From NCBI GenBank assembly GCA_902614065.1, contig CACMJT010000005.1:37528-101527 (forward strand): a stretch of 64,000 bases of DNA, read 5' to 3'. Numbering within the stretch: the first letter of the stretch is position 1; every line of letters begins with the position of its first letter. Of the stretch, positions 10,020-20,707 are shown one piece after another. A model generated the notes under the pieces. The model had not been told where the DNA came from. It saw only the letters and a list, made by a program, of their open reading frames with translations, and made no database searches. This DNA comes from an uncultured Bacteroidota bacterium. GTDB taxonomy: Bacteria > Bacteroidota > Bacteroidia > Flavobacteriales > Flavobacteriaceae. The translations under genes were made by a program, and so were the position numbers.

Positions 10020-11597
10020 ATGGTGAAGAAAATTATTCTGTTTTTTATTGCTTTTTCAATTATTGGATGCGCAAAAAGAGGAACACCTGATGGTGGTCCA
10101 AAGGATGAGGATCCACCAATTTTTATTAGATCCCAACCTCCAAATAACTCTTCAAATTTTGATTCAGAAAGTATCAGAATTTACTTTGATGAATATATAA
10201 AGTTGGAAAAAATTAATTCTCAATTAATTGTATCTCCACCGATTGAAAAATCCGGATACTCCATCTTCCCGCAGAGCGGAGCATCAAAGTTTATTGATAT
10301 AAATTTAAAAGATAGTCTCCAAAAAAACTCCACCTATTCATTCAATTTTGGTCAAGCTTTAGTAGATAATAATGAAGGTAATCCACTTCCTTTTTTCAAA
10401 TATGTTTTTTCAACAGGCAATTATGTAGATTCTCTCAACATTTCAGGAAATATAAGAGATAGTTACAACAAAGACACAGACGAATTTATTACGGCAATGC
10501 TATATCCAATTGATAGCCTATATAATGATTCAATAATTTATAATGGCAAGCCTCTCTATGTTTCCAATACATTAGATAGTACAAATTTCAATTTTACAAA
10601 CCTAAAAAAGGGTATTTATAAATTAGTAGCGATCAAAGACTATAACAATAACTATAAATACGATCCTCTGACAGAAAAGATTGCATTTAATCAAACTTTA
10701 GTTTCAATTCCAACAGATTCATTATTCGATTTGAAAATTTTCAAAGAGAGTCCAGAATTTAAAATTTTTAAACCGTTTCAAAACGATGAGAACAAAATAA
10801 ATTTTGGTTTTCAAGGCGATACTGAAAATTTGGATATAGAGATTGAAAATGAATTTAATTTAAATAGCGTGGTAACTTTTGATAAGGAAAAAGACACCTT
10901 ATATGTTTGGCTTGAGAATTCTAATTACGATTCTTTAAATTTTAAAATTAATAATAAAGATTATCAAAAAAATTATGGCTTTAGGTTTCAAAAAAAAGAA
11001 TTAGGAAAAGATTCTTTGCAGTTGAAGCAACAATCACAAATTCTTGAGTTATCTGAAAAATTAAGCCTGGAATCAACAACACCATTAATTAACGTCAATA
11101 ATAAAAAGATAGAGGTTTATGATCGAGACTCGATACCCATAAGTTTTGAGGCAATTTTAGAAAATTACACAAATCTTGTTTTAGATTTTGAAGTTTTACC
11201 GAATGATATCTACTATGTTCATGTAAAACCTGATGCTGTTATTGATATATTTCAAAAAACAACAGATAGTTTGAATTTTACATTTAAAACAAAAAAAATA
11301 TCAGAGTATGGAAAGATTTTTTTTAATCCAATTCAAAAAAAGTATCCCTTAATAATTGATTTAATTAATACAAAGGATGAAGTTGTTGATTCTCAGTATT
11401 TAGCCTCTGCTTCTGATAATTGTGTTTTTGAAAATATACTTCCCGGTGAATACACCATAAGAGTAATTGAAGATAAGAATCAAAATAAAAAAAGAGATAC
11501 AGGAAATTTCCTTGGCAAAATCCAACCAGAAAAAACTTACTTTAATGATGAAATTATAAAAGTGAGGGCAAACTGGATATTAAGGGAAAGTTTTTAA
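10020..11597 (+). CDS. Ig-like (Big_5/SbsA-type) domain lipoprotein
   Basis: Lipoprotein signal 'IIGCAKRGTPDGGPKDEDPP' followed by an Ig-like domain pattern common in Flavobacteriia. Confidence 0.6.
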   Translation: MVKKIILFFIAFSIIGCAKRGTPDGGPKDEDPPIFIRSQPPNNSSNFDSESIRIYFDEYIKLEKINSQLIVSPPIEKSGYSIFPQSGASKFIDINLKDSLQKNSTYSFNFGQALVDNNEGNPLPFFKYVFSTGNYVDSLNISGNIRDSYNKDTDEFITAMLYPIDSLYNDSIIYNGKPLYVSNTLDSTNFNFTNLKKGIYKLVAIKDYNNNYKYDPLTEKIAFNQTLVSIPTDSLFDLKIFKESPEFKIFKPFQNDENKINFGFQGDTENLDIEIENEFNLNSVVTFDKEKDTLYVWLENSNYDSLNFKINNKDYQKNYGFRFQKKELGKDSLQLKQQSQILELSEKLSLESTTPLINVNNKKIEVYDRDSIPISFEAILENYTNLVLDFEVLPNDIYYVHVKPDAVIDIFQKTTDSLNFTFKTKKISEYGKIFFNPIQKKYPLIIDLINTKDEVVDSQYLASASDNCVFENILPGEYTIRVIEDKNQNKKRDTGNFLGKIQPEKTYFNDEIIKVRANWILRESF

Positions 11598-12344
11598 TTA
11601 TTTTTTCAAACTTGCCTTGGCGTACTCCGTATTCAATTTTGCTATATAGTCCAAAGAAATCCCTTTTGGACATTCAACATGACATGCACCAGTATTTGTA
11701 CAGTTACCAAAACCCTCAAGGTCCATTTGTTTAACCATATTTAATACCCTATCAGTTGCTTCCACTTTTCCCTGTGGAAGTAATGCAAATTGAGAAACTT
11801 TAGCTGAAACGAACAACATTGCAGAAGAGTTTTTACAAGTGGCAACACAAGCACCACATCCAATACATGTTGCGGCATCAAATGCTTTGTCTGCACTTTC
11901 TTTTTCAATTGGAATTGTATTTGCATCTAATGTATTACCAGACGTATTAATTGAAATGTATCCTCCTGCCTGTTGAATTCTGTCAAATGCTGTTCTATCA
12001 ACAACAAGGTCTTTAATAATTGGGAAAGCCCTGGATCTGAAAGGTTCTATATATATTGTATCACCATCTTTAAACTTTCTCATATGTAACTGACAAGTGG
12101 TCACTCCGCGATCAGGTCCATGTGGTTGACCATTTATAAACATTGAACATGATCCACATATTCCCTCTCTGCAATCATGGTCAAAAGCGACAGGGTCTCC
12201 CCCATTATGCATTATTTTTTCATTTAGAACATCCATCATTTCAAGAAATGACATATCCTCCGTTATTCCATCAATTTCATAACTAATAATCTTACCCTCA
12301 CTTTCAGGATTTTTCTGTCTCCATATTTTTAAAAATAATTTCAT
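11598..12344 (-). CDS. sdhB: succinate dehydrogenase/fumarate reductase iron-sulfur subunit
   Basis: Three Fe-S cluster motifs: '[11 protein letters not shown]', '[11 protein letters not shown]', '[14 protein letters not shown]'. Confidence 0.93.
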   Translation of the reverse strand: MKLFLKIWRQKNPESEGKIISYEIDGITEDMSFLEMMDVLNEKIMHNGGDPVAFDHDCREGICGSCSMFINGQPHGPDRGVTTCQLHMRKFKDGDTIYIEPFRSRAFPIIKDLVVDRTAFDRIQQAGGYISINTSGNTLDANTIPIEKESADKAFDAATCIGCGACVATCKNSSAMLFVSAKVSQFALLPQGKVEATDRVLNMVKQMDLEGFGNCTNTGACHVECPKGISLDYIAKLNTEYAKASLKK

Positions 12345-12345
12345 A

Positions 12346-14340
12346 TTACTTATAGGATCTGTTTTTTAATTCCACATTATTAAATGTTAATTTTTCTTTG
12401 TGAAGTGTAGAGTTTTCAATAATCTTATCATATTCCCATGCAGAAACAAAAGCATATTCATCATCATTTCTCAATGCCTCACCTTCTTTGGTTTGATATT
12501 CTTCTCTAAAATGACCACCGCACGACTCATTTCTTTTTAGAGCATCTAAAGCAAATAGTTCGCCTAGTTCCATAAAATCAGCAACCCTCAGAGCTTTTGC
12601 CAACGGTTCATTAAAAGAAAATTGATCACCTGGTATCAACAAATCAGTGTAAAATTGTTTTTTTAATTTTTGGATTTTTTTGATGGCTGATTTTAGATCA
12701 ACTGAATTTCTGGACATTCCGCAATTGTTCCAAATTATCTTACCTAACTTTTTATGGAAATAGTCAACTGTTTTTGTTCCGTTAATTTTCATCAATTTAT
12801 CTATAGTATTTTCTACAGACTTTTTTGCTTTGACAAATTCTGGAGAGTCATTATTAATCGGACCTGTTTTAATATCATCTGCAAGAAAGTCATTAATTGT
12901 ATTTGGTAAAACAAAATATCCGTCGGCTAAACCTTGCATGAGAGCAGAAGCTCCTAACCTGTTGGCTCCATGATCAGAAAAATTTGCTTCTCCGATAGCG
13001 TAACATCCAGGAATTGTAGTCATCAAATTATAGTCAACCCATAATCCTCCCATTGTGTAATGAACTGCAGGATAAATCATCATTGGAGTTTTATAGGGGT
13101 TTTGGTCAACAATCTTCTCATACATTTGAAAGAGGTTGCCGTATTTAGCCCTTATTACACCTTCACCGAGGGATTTTACCAAGTTTATATCATCGACGTC
13201 AAGACCTTTTACTAATACTTTTTCTTTACCGTATCTAATTATTGAAGAAGAAAAATCTAAGAAAACTGCTTCACCAGTTTTATTAACTCCATAACCTGAG
13301 TCACATCTTTCTTTGGCTGCTCTTGAGGCAACATCACGAGGAACCAAATTACCAAAAGCAGGATACCTTCTTTCAAGGTAATAATCTCTATCTTCTTCAG
13401 GTATTTGTGTTGGTTTTAAAGAATTATTTCTAACTTTTTTTGCATCATCTAAATTTTTTGGCACCCAAATTCTTCCATCATTTCTTAATGACTCCGACAT
13501 TAAGGTTAACTTAGACTGATAATCACCTGAGACAGGAATGCATGTTGGGTGTATTTGAGTGAATGAAGGGTTCGCGAAAAAAGCTCCTTTTCGGTGAACC
13601 TTCCAAGCAGCCGAAACATTGCTGCCCATTGCGTTTGTAGATAAATAAAATAAATTCCCATAACCACCCGATGCCAAAACAACAGCATGTGCAGAGTGAC
13701 TTTCAATTTCACCCGTAATAAGATTTCTGGTAATAATCCCTCTAGCTTTTCCATCAACAATTACAATCTCCATCATTTCGTGCCTGCTGTACATTTTTAT
13801 TTTTCCTCTTGCTATTTGCCTATTCATAGCAGAATAAGCACCCAAAAGCAACTGCTGTCCTGTTTGACCCTTAGCATAAAAAGTTCTAGAAACTAAAACT
13901 CCTCCGAATGATCTATTGTCAAGCAATCCTCCGTATTCTCTAGCAAAAGGTACTCCTTGTGCTACACACTGATCAATAATGCTAGTAGAAACCTCTGCCA
14001 GTCTGTAAACATTAGCTTCTCTAGACCTGTAATCACCACCCTTTATTGTATCATAAAATAATCTGTAAACAGAATCACCATCACCTTGATAGTTTTTTGC
14101 TGCGTTTATTCCGCCTTGGGCTGCTATTGAATGAGCTCTTCTCGATGAATCTTGAAAGCAAAAAGCTTTGACATTATATCCTTGTTCAGCTAAGGTAGCA
14201 GACGCAGACCCACCAGCAAGACCAGTACCTACAACGATTATATCAATATTTCTTTTGTTTGCAGGGCTAACTAAACGAACATTATTCTTGTGTGATGTCC
14301 ATTTCAAGTCAAGTTTTCCTTCTGGTGTTTTTGAGTTCAA
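12346..14340 (-). CDS. sdhA: succinate dehydrogenase/fumarate reductase flavoprotein subunit (TTG start proposed; stop-free frame continues to 14643)
   Basis: FAD fold '[14 protein letters not shown]', covalent-FAD His context '[14 protein letters not shown]'; homology begins at '[14 protein letters not shown]' where a TTG gives ~664 aa; no ATG in the first ~270 codons of the 765-aa track ORF. Confidence 0.85.
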   Translation of the reverse strand: MNSKTPEGKLDLKWTSHKNNVRLVSPANKRNIDIIVVGTGLAGGSASATLAEQGYNVKAFCFQDSSRRAHSIAAQGGINAAKNYQGDGDSVYRLFYDTIKGGDYRSREANVYRLAEVSTSIIDQCVAQGVPFAREYGGLLDNRSFGGVLVSRTFYAKGQTGQQLLLGAYSAMNRQIARGKIKMYSRHEMMEIVIVDGKARGIITRNLITGEIESHSAHAVVLASGGYGNLFYLSTNAMGSNVSAAWKVHRKGAFFANPSFTQIHPTCIPVSGDYQSKLTLMSESLRNDGRIWVPKNLDDAKKVRNNSLKPTQIPEEDRDYYLERRYPAFGNLVPRDVASRAAKERCDSGYGVNKTGEAVFLDFSSSIIRYGKEKVLVKGLDVDDINLVKSLGEGVIRAKYGNLFQMYEKIVDQNPYKTPMMIYPAVHYTMGGLWVDYNLMTTIPGCYAIGEANFSDHGANRLGASALMQGLADGYFVLPNTINDFLADDIKTGPINNDSPEFVKAKKSVENTIDKLMKINGTKTVDYFHKKLGKIIWNNCGMSRNSVDLKSAIKKIQKLKKQFYTDLLIPGDQFSFNEPLAKALRVADFMELGELFALDALKRNESCGGHFREEYQTKEGEALRNDDEYAFVSAWEYDKIIENSTLHKEKLTFNNVELKNRSYK

Positions 14341-14643
14341 AACGGAGTTTGAAATTTTAATATTTTTAGCATCGGCGTGCAACTCTACAGACAAGTTTTT
14401 TAAAAGACGATTCTTTTCAAGATAATCTGGATCGGATGATTTTATAGGGTGTCTGTTAACGGATTTATGCCAATCCGAATCCCAATCAACAAGCTTACAC
14501 TTTATGCCTGTACTCTTTTTAGTGACTTTATATTTACCGTTGCCGATTGAATGATAATATCTCAAGCAAACTACCAATTCGTCATTACTAGAGTATTGAT
14601 TTTTGGGTTTTCTATAATTAAGAGAATAGGTTACTTTCTTCAA
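14341..14643 (-). pseudogene. relic resembling the N-terminal Arm DNA-binding domain of a tyrosine recombinase, in frame with sdhA
   Basis: ~100 stop-free codons '[58 protein letters not shown]' unrelated to SdhA; pattern recalls Bacteroidota integrase Arm domains; begins with TTG, no ATG. Confidence 0.4.
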
Positions 14644-14657
14644 ACTAAACGAAAATT

Positions 14658-14704
14658 ATTATAACACACTTTTTACCAGTCAAAGATATATAAATTATAA
14701 CACA
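14658..14704. repeat. two 11-nt direct repeats ATTATAACACA (14658-14668 and 14694-14704)
   Basis: Read directly; on the minus (sdh) strand each reads TGTGTTATAAT; lies between the sdhC stop and the relic ORF. Confidence 0.85.
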
Positions 14705-14725
14705 TTAAAAATTATTTTATATTTT

Positions 14726-15388
14726 TTAATGGGATAAAAAATGATAGATAGCGATAAAACAAAAACCAAGTGGAACTACTATGCCAAATGAATAACTAAT
14801 CTTTTTGATCAATGATGAATATTTATTGCTTGTTCCTAAAGATTGGGTTGATGATGCCAATCCATGAACTAAATGCAAGGCTAGAAATATAAATGAAATA
14901 CAATAAAAGCCTACTTTAATAGGGTCCTGAAATTTTTCTACTAACTCATGATGATATCTATTGGGATCATCAGGCTTAAATTCGATGTATTTGTATTCCA
15001 TTTCTGGTATCCAAAAGTCATAAAAGTGCAAGGCTAAAAAAGATAAGATAACTGTTCCAGATAAAATCATGTATCTTGAAACCAACAACGAATTTTTTGA
15101 CCCTTTAAAAACAGCATAATTTACTGGTCTCGCTTTTCTGTTTTGATAATCTAAAATAAAACCCATAACAAAATGGAAAAGTACACCTGCAATCAATATT
15201 GGCTGAAGAACAAACTGAACAATTGGATTTGTGCCCATGAAATGAGAAAGCCAATTAAATAAACTCTCACTAAATACAGATGTAATATTGATTAAAAAAT
15301 GTTGTGTTAAAAAAACAATTAAAAAAATACCGGATAATGCCATAGCGATTTTACGGCCTATGGACGAGTTAAATAGCTTTTTTAACAT
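14726..15388 (-). CDS. sdhC: succinate dehydrogenase cytochrome b subunit (Bacteroidota single-subunit type)
   Basis: 220-aa protein with about five hydrophobic segments and conserved His residues, directly upstream of sdhA/sdhB. Confidence 0.8.
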   Translation of the reverse strand: MLKKLFNSSIGRKIAMALSGIFLIVFLTQHFLINITSVFSESLFNWLSHFMGTNPIVQFVLQPILIAGVLFHFVMGFILDYQNRKARPVNYAVFKGSKNSLLVSRYMILSGTVILSFLALHFYDFWIPEMEYKYIEFKPDDPNRYHHELVEKFQDPIKVGFYCISFIFLALHLVHGLASSTQSLGTSNKYSSLIKKISYSFGIVVPLGFCFIAIYHFLSH

Positions 15389-15434
15389 ACTGGCAAAATT
15401 ACTTTACAGAACCTTTAGAAGCAAATAATATGCC

Positions 15435-18260
15435 TTATTTCACTGAAAAACTTAACTCTTGATTATCAACTTTTAAAATATACTTACCCTTAATTAAATA
15501 TCTATTACCATCATCAGAAATTTTTGAGACAAATCCTATTTTTTTTAGGTAATTGCTGGTGAGTTTTTTATCAACTACAATTGGAATTTTAACTTTATTA
15601 AATCCATGATCAACATTAAAATTACCTTTATTTAGAATCTTATAATTTTCATTTAAAATTTGAAATTCAAAATTTCCATTATTAGAGCTGTAGAAATCAA
15701 CAATTAGGTCTGTATTTAATTTTTGGGTTGAATAAATGATTTTTTTACCCCAAGAATTAGAAAATCTAATGTCCTCATGATTTAAATAAGAAAGAATATT
15801 TTCATTGTCTTCAGATTCTAAGTATTTAGAAAACGAATCCAATTCTATTTTATAAATAGACCTTCCATGGGTTCCAATTACTAACTCATTTGTTCCTTCG
15901 TGTATAACTAAATCATGAATTGCAACTCTTGGTAAATTATTTGAAAAAGGATGCCACTGAGAACCCTTATCAAAGGATATAAATAATCCATTATCAGTAC
16001 CCAAATACAATATATTTTCGTTTTTTATATCTTCCCTCACCACATTTATTGGTGATAACGGAAGATTGCTAGAAATTTCATTCCATGAAATACCATCATC
16101 TTCACTAACATATAAATATGGTTTAAAATCATTTTTTCTGTAACCGTTCAATGATGTGTAGATTCTTTGATCTTTATGTTTGGAGAATATCACTCTGCTA
16201 ACCCAAAGGTTTGATGGTAAATCGTTGGAAATATTTTTCCAAGATTCTCCAGAGTTATGAGTTAAAACAATATTTCCATCATCTGATCCGGACACAATCT
16301 TACCAAAATTAAAAATAGATTCGTCTATACATGTTAGAGTTCCGTACGGCACATTTCCTTTTTTACCCCCCTTTGTTAGGTCATGAGAAATATCAGTCCA
16401 AGTGTCTCCTTTATTAAAAGATCTATGTAACTTATTACTTCCAAAATATATGATATCCTGATTATGTGGTGAAATTAGTATAGGTGTTTGCCAATTAAAT
16501 CTTAATGGAGATTGGCCAAGCTTGTGTTTTGGTTTTATGCTTTTTCTGGTGCCCTTGCTTATATTCAGTCGATAGTAATTACCAAACTGCAAACCTGTGT
16601 ATACAATGTTGTTATCGCGATTATCAATTTGAATTTGCATGCCATCACCACCCATAATTTTTGTCCAATTATTATGACCCGATTCATACCAATAGGGTGA
16701 CTCTACAGAATTGTTTTTTGCCATCCAAACTCCGTTATCCTGCAAACCACCATAAACGTTATATGGCTCTGAATTATCAACATTAATGGAATAAAATTGT
16801 CCTACTGAAGGTTGATTTAACTTTATCCAATTTGCACCTTCATCGTATGAAATATTAACACCTCCATCATTACCTAAAACCAAATGATCTGTATTTTCGG
16901 GGTTGATCCAAAGATCATGGTGATCTACGTGAACATTGCTTGCACCAATTCTTTTATAAGATTTGCCTGAATCATTTGACTTCAAAATGGGTACACCATA
17001 AACATATATTTTATTTGAATTTGTTGGTGATACATGAATTCTACCAAAATAATAACCATAACTGTTGTAAACACCATCTAAATATTCATCATTTTGTTTT
17101 TTCCAACTATTACCTCCATCTACTGATTTATAAACTTCGGCTCCAATCACAGGAGTATCAAATAGTTCAGCATTGGCATCTGTTAAGAACCTGTAAATAT
17201 CCTCTGGTTTTAATTCATCAGATTGTACTCTAGCCTTTATTTTATCAGAATTTAGTCCTTTATCAAATCCATTATTTTTAATGAATAAATTCAATTTTTC
17301 ATTGTCCAAACTCATAAAATCTTCTTTGGACATATCTTTGAAATCTATTCTTTGAATTCCTATTGTTTTTTCTTCAGCTTTTCTTCGAAATTGATTGTCT
17401 AGAACTGCGTATAAAATATTAGAATCATAGATTGCTAGGCCAATTCTTCCAACACCACTTCCAACTGGAAATCCCGAATCTTTTGTTGTAATTTTTTTCC
17501 AGGTCTTGCCACCATTTGTTGTCTTGTAAATAGCAGAATTTTCACCACTACCAATAAAGTTCCAAGCATTCCTACTTCTCTCCCAGAAAGCAGCATACTG
17601 AATTTCAAAATTATTTGGGTCGAAAACCAAATCAATAGCCCCAGTATTATCATTAATATGTAGTGATTTTGACCAAGTCTTTCCGCCATCATAAGAATTA
17701 AATATACCTCTCTGATTATTTGCAGAATACAAGTGTCCAATAGCTGCAACAACAACATGTTGATTATCATTTGGATTAATAATTATACGGCTAATATGAT
17801 GAGTATCTCTCAGTCCAATATTTTCCCAACTTTTACCATTATCAATAGACTTTAGAATGCCTATTCCTGGATATGAGGATCTAGATGAATTACTTTCACC
17901 AGTTCCAACATAGATTGCACTTGAGCTCCAATCAACAACAAAGTCTCCAATATTTTGTGTCATACTATTGTCCATAACAGGCTTAAAAGTTGTACCATTA
18001 TTAACGGTATGCCATAAACCACCTGAAGCATAAGCAACAAAAAATTCATTTGGATTAATTGGATTTACCTCAATATCTGTTACCCTTCCACTCATGACAC
18101 TAGGTCCTATGTTTGTTACCTCAACATTTTTGACTATTGAGTTATTAATATTGGTTGCATAATTATTTTCAGACTTTTCGATTAATTCAAATGAAGTGTA
18201 CTTGTTCTGTGAGAAAGAAAAAAAAGAAATAAATAATATTAAAAAGGCAAAATTTTTCAT
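15435..18260 (-). CDS. secreted BNR/sortilin (VPS10)-type beta-propeller repeat protein
   Basis: Signal peptide; repeated 'S.D.G.TW' BNR motifs ('SIDNGKSW','SYDGGKTW','TTNGGKTW','SVDGGNSW','SNDSGKSY','HNSGESW','SEDDGISW','SFDKGSQW'). Confidence 0.75.
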   Translation of the reverse strand: MKNFAFLILFISFFSFSQNKYTSFELIEKSENNYATNINNSIVKNVEVTNIGPSVMSGRVTDIEVNPINPNEFFVAYASGGLWHTVNNGTTFKPVMDNSMTQNIGDFVVDWSSSAIYVGTGESNSSRSSYPGIGILKSIDNGKSWENIGLRDTHHISRIIINPNDNQHVVVAAIGHLYSANNQRGIFNSYDGGKTWSKSLHINDNTGAIDLVFDPNNFEIQYAAFWERSRNAWNFIGSGENSAIYKTTNGGKTWKKITTKDSGFPVGSGVGRIGLAIYDSNILYAVLDNQFRRKAEEKTIGIQRIDFKDMSKEDFMSLDNEKLNLFIKNNGFDKGLNSDKIKARVQSDELKPEDIYRFLTDANAELFDTPVIGAEVYKSVDGGNSWKKQNDEYLDGVYNSYGYYFGRIHVSPTNSNKIYVYGVPILKSNDSGKSYKRIGASNVHVDHHDLWINPENTDHLVLGNDGGVNISYDEGANWIKLNQPSVGQFYSINVDNSEPYNVYGGLQDNGVWMAKNNSVESPYWYESGHNNWTKIMGGDGMQIQIDNRDNNIVYTGLQFGNYYRLNISKGTRKSIKPKHKLGQSPLRFNWQTPILISPHNQDIIYFGSNKLHRSFNKGDTWTDISHDLTKGGKKGNVPYGTLTCIDESIFNFGKIVSGSDDGNIVLTHNSGESWKNISNDLPSNLWVSRVIFSKHKDQRIYTSLNGYRKNDFKPYLYVSEDDGISWNEISSNLPLSPINVVREDIKNENILYLGTDNGLFISFDKGSQWHPFSNNLPRVAIHDLVIHEGTNELVIGTHGRSIYKIELDSFSKYLESEDNENILSYLNHEDIRFSNSWGKKIIYSTQKLNTDLIVDFYSSNNGNFEFQILNENYKILNKGNFNVDHGFNKVKIPIVVDKKLTSNYLKKIGFVSKISDDGNRYLIKGKYILKVDNQELSFSVK

Positions 18261-18272
18261 GATTTAAATTTT

Positions 18273-18280
18273 TAAATTTG
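18273..18280 (+). promoter_or_regulatory. candidate sigma-A -7 box (TAnnTTTG) upstream of pepP
   Basis: Exact TAAATTTG 18 nt upstream of the ATG at 18298. Confidence 0.4.
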
Positions 18281-18297
18281 AATGATATCAAAATGCA

Positions 18298-19590
18298 ATG
18301 AAATACAAAAAGATAGATACTAAACTATTTATTAAAAATCGCAAAAATTTTGTAAATAAACTAGAAAGAAAAAGTATTGCATTTTTTAATTCGAATGACA
18401 TATATCCAATAAGCGCTGACTCAACCCTTCCATTTGATCAACACAGAGATATTTTTTATTTAAGTGGGATTGATCAAGAAGAAAGCTTATTGGTCCTATT
18501 TCCTGACTCGAAAGATATAGAATATAAAGAAATGTTGTTTTTAAGAGAAACGAATGAATACATAACTCATTGGGAGGGTGAAAAACTAACAAAAGAACAA
18601 GCTAAGAACATTTCAGGTATTAACAATATTTTCTGGCTTGGTGAATTTGAAGATATTCTCAAAGAAGTATTATCCCAAGCTGATTTCGTCTACATAAATA
18701 CCAATGAACATTACAGACAAAATGTTCAAACTCAAACAAGAGAAGACAGGTTTATCAAGAGGTTAAAAAATATAGGTGGGCTTAAATTCAAAAAAAGTAA
18801 TCCAATACTACAGAAACAAAGGTCTGTTAAGGATCAAATCGAAATAGAGTTAATAAAAAATGCATGCGAAATAACTAAAAAGGGCTTTGAGAGAGTTTTA
18901 ACTTTTATTAAACCTGGTGTTTGGGAGTATGAAATTGAAGCTGAATTTTCTCACGAATTTTTAAGAAATAGATCTAGAAGATTTGCTTACACTCCTATTA
19001 TCGCCTCGGGAAGAAATTCAAATTTTTTACATTATGGATACAACAACAAGCAGTGTTTAGATGGTGAAATAGTGTTGATGGATGTGGCAGCTGAATATGC
19101 GAACTATTCAAGTGACATGACAAGGACAGTACCTGTTAATGGTAGATTTAGTGAAAGACAAAAAACTATTTATAATGCTGTTTTAAATGTAAAAAATGCA
19201 GCAACAAAATTGCTAAGGCCAGGCATATTATGGCATGATTACCACATAGAGGTTGGTAAAATTATGACATCTGAACTTCTAAAAATTAAATTGTTAGACA
19301 AGTCTGACATTCAAAACGAAACAAAAAAAACACCAGCGTATAAAAAATATTTTAGCCATGGAACTTCTCATCATTTAGGTCTAGATACTCATGACTACTG
19401 TGATTTAAAAATGCCTATGGACAAAAATATGGTTTTGACTGTTGAACCCGGAATATATATACAGGAAGAAGACTTTGGAATTAGATTAGAGGACGATGTA
19501 GTAATAAATGAAAATGGAGAACCAACCAACCTAATGGAAAATATTCCTATTGAAATTGAACATATTGAAGATTTAATGAATTCAAAATGA
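18298..19590 (+). CDS. pepP: Xaa-Pro aminopeptidase (M24B)
   Basis: M24 metal-ligand motifs 'DVAAEY..YSSDMTRT','HGTSHHLGLDTHD','VEPGIY','IRLEDDV'. Confidence 0.85.
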   Translation: MKYKKIDTKLFIKNRKNFVNKLERKSIAFFNSNDIYPISADSTLPFDQHRDIFYLSGIDQEESLLVLFPDSKDIEYKEMLFLRETNEYITHWEGEKLTKEQAKNISGINNIFWLGEFEDILKEVLSQADFVYINTNEHYRQNVQTQTREDRFIKRLKNIGGLKFKKSNPILQKQRSVKDQIEIELIKNACEITKKGFERVLTFIKPGVWEYEIEAEFSHEFLRNRSRRFAYTPIIASGRNSNFLHYGYNNKQCLDGEIVLMDVAAEYANYSSDMTRTVPVNGRFSERQKTIYNAVLNVKNAATKLLRPGILWHDYHIEVGKIMTSELLKIKLLDKSDIQNETKKTPAYKKYFSHGTSHHLGLDTHDYCDLKMPMDKNMVLTVEPGIYIQEEDFGIRLEDDVVINENGEPTNLMENIPIEIEHIEDLMNSK

Positions 19591-20640
19591 TTTCCATCCC
19601 ATAGATTTGATTTCAGATTTCGATCCATTCCCTAAGTCTAGATAAGTTTTTTTATCATTTGTGATGTGTCCTATTACATGTAAATCTTTTTGGCCTTCGA
19701 TAAGCTTTTCGTAATCTTCTGAAGAAATAGTAAACATGATTTCGTAATCCTCACCTCCGGACATAATAACGGAAATGGGATCTAAGTTAAACTCTTCACA
19801 TACTTTCAAAAGCATTTGGTCTTTGTATATTTTATCCGAATATAAAACACATCCCTTATCTGAACTATTGCATAAGTGAATTATCTCAGATGAGAGGCCA
19901 TCGCTTACATCAATCATAGAAGTAGGAACAATTGAGTTCTTATCTAAAAAGTCAATTAAATCAGTTCTGGCTTCAGGTTTTAATTGACGCTCAACCAGTT
20001 CCTTGTATGGCTCTAAATCGGGTTTGCTGTTTGGATTTACTAAAAAAACTTGTTTTTCTCTTTCAAGAACTTGCAATCCAAGATAAGATAAACCTAACTT
20101 TCCGGAAACAATAATTAAGTCATTATTTTTAGCTCCAGATCTTTGACATATTTTTTTGTCATCTACAACACCCATTGCGGTGACAGAGATTATTAAACCC
20201 TTTTGTGATGAAGTGGTGTCTCCACCTACCAAATCAACTTTATATCTTTTGCAAGCAAGGTTAATTCCTTCATAAAGTTCATTTAAAGTTTCTAGTTTAA
20301 ATCTGTTTGAAACTGCAATTGAAATGGTAATCTGTTTACAAATTCCATTCATTGCACATATATCTGAAATATTACTGACGACAGCTTTATATCCTAAGTG
20401 CTTTAGAGGAAAATAAGACAAATCAAAATGTACCCCCTCTACCAACATATCAGTAGATATCAAAGAATACAAATTTGAATTTTTTATAACAGCAGAGTCG
20501 TCTCCAATTCCAACTATAGTAGACTCATTATATATCTTGACATTCTTTTTTATGTGTTCGATAAAGCCAAATTCACCAACTGATGAGAGTTCAGTTAATT
20601 TTAAATTTTTTTTGTCAGTTTCTTTGTTTTTATGGCCCAT
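19582..20640 (-). CDS. thiL: thiamine-monophosphate kinase
   Basis: AIR-synthase-like fold with 'GIGDDSAV','LISTDMLVEGVHF','GGDTTSS' motifs. Confidence 0.85.
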   Translation of the reverse strand: MGHKNKETDKKNLKLTELSSVGEFGFIEHIKKNVKIYNESTIVGIGDDSAVIKNSNLYSLISTDMLVEGVHFDLSYFPLKHLGYKAVVSNISDICAMNGICKQITISIAVSNRFKLETLNELYEGINLACKRYKVDLVGGDTTSSQKGLIISVTAMGVVDDKKICQRSGAKNNDLIIVSGKLGLSYLGLQVLEREKQVFLVNPNSKPDLEPYKELVERQLKPEARTDLIDFLDKNSIVPTSMIDVSDGLSSEIIHLCNSSDKGCVLYSDKIYKDQMLLKVCEEFNLDPISVIMSGGEDYEIMFTISSEDYEKLIEGQKDLHVIGHITNDKKTYLDLGNGSKSEIKSMGWKSF

Positions 20641-20693
20641 ATTTTGAATGAAGATTACTTCAAATTTAGATTAATAAATATTTTTTAAAGGAT

Positions 20694-20701
20694 TATATTT
20701 G
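20694..20701 (+). promoter_or_regulatory. candidate sigma-A -7 box (TAnnTTTG) immediately upstream of the suf operon
   Basis: Exact TATATTTG with only 6 nt between its G and the sufA-type ATG at 20708. Confidence 0.4.
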
Positions 20702-20707
20702 CAAAAT

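Noticed and set aside
12346-14643. 765-aa SdhA as given by the ORF track, taken at face value as the real protein
   Set aside because: The track start is a TTG. The first ~100 residues have no SdhA similarity. An internal TTG at 14340 gives the expected length, so I annotate the shorter protein and flag the extension separately.
17435-17770. 111-aa alternate-frame ORF within the BNR/sortilin gene
   Set aside because: It is same-strand but out of frame with a gene carrying repeated BNR motifs, and it has no motif of its own.
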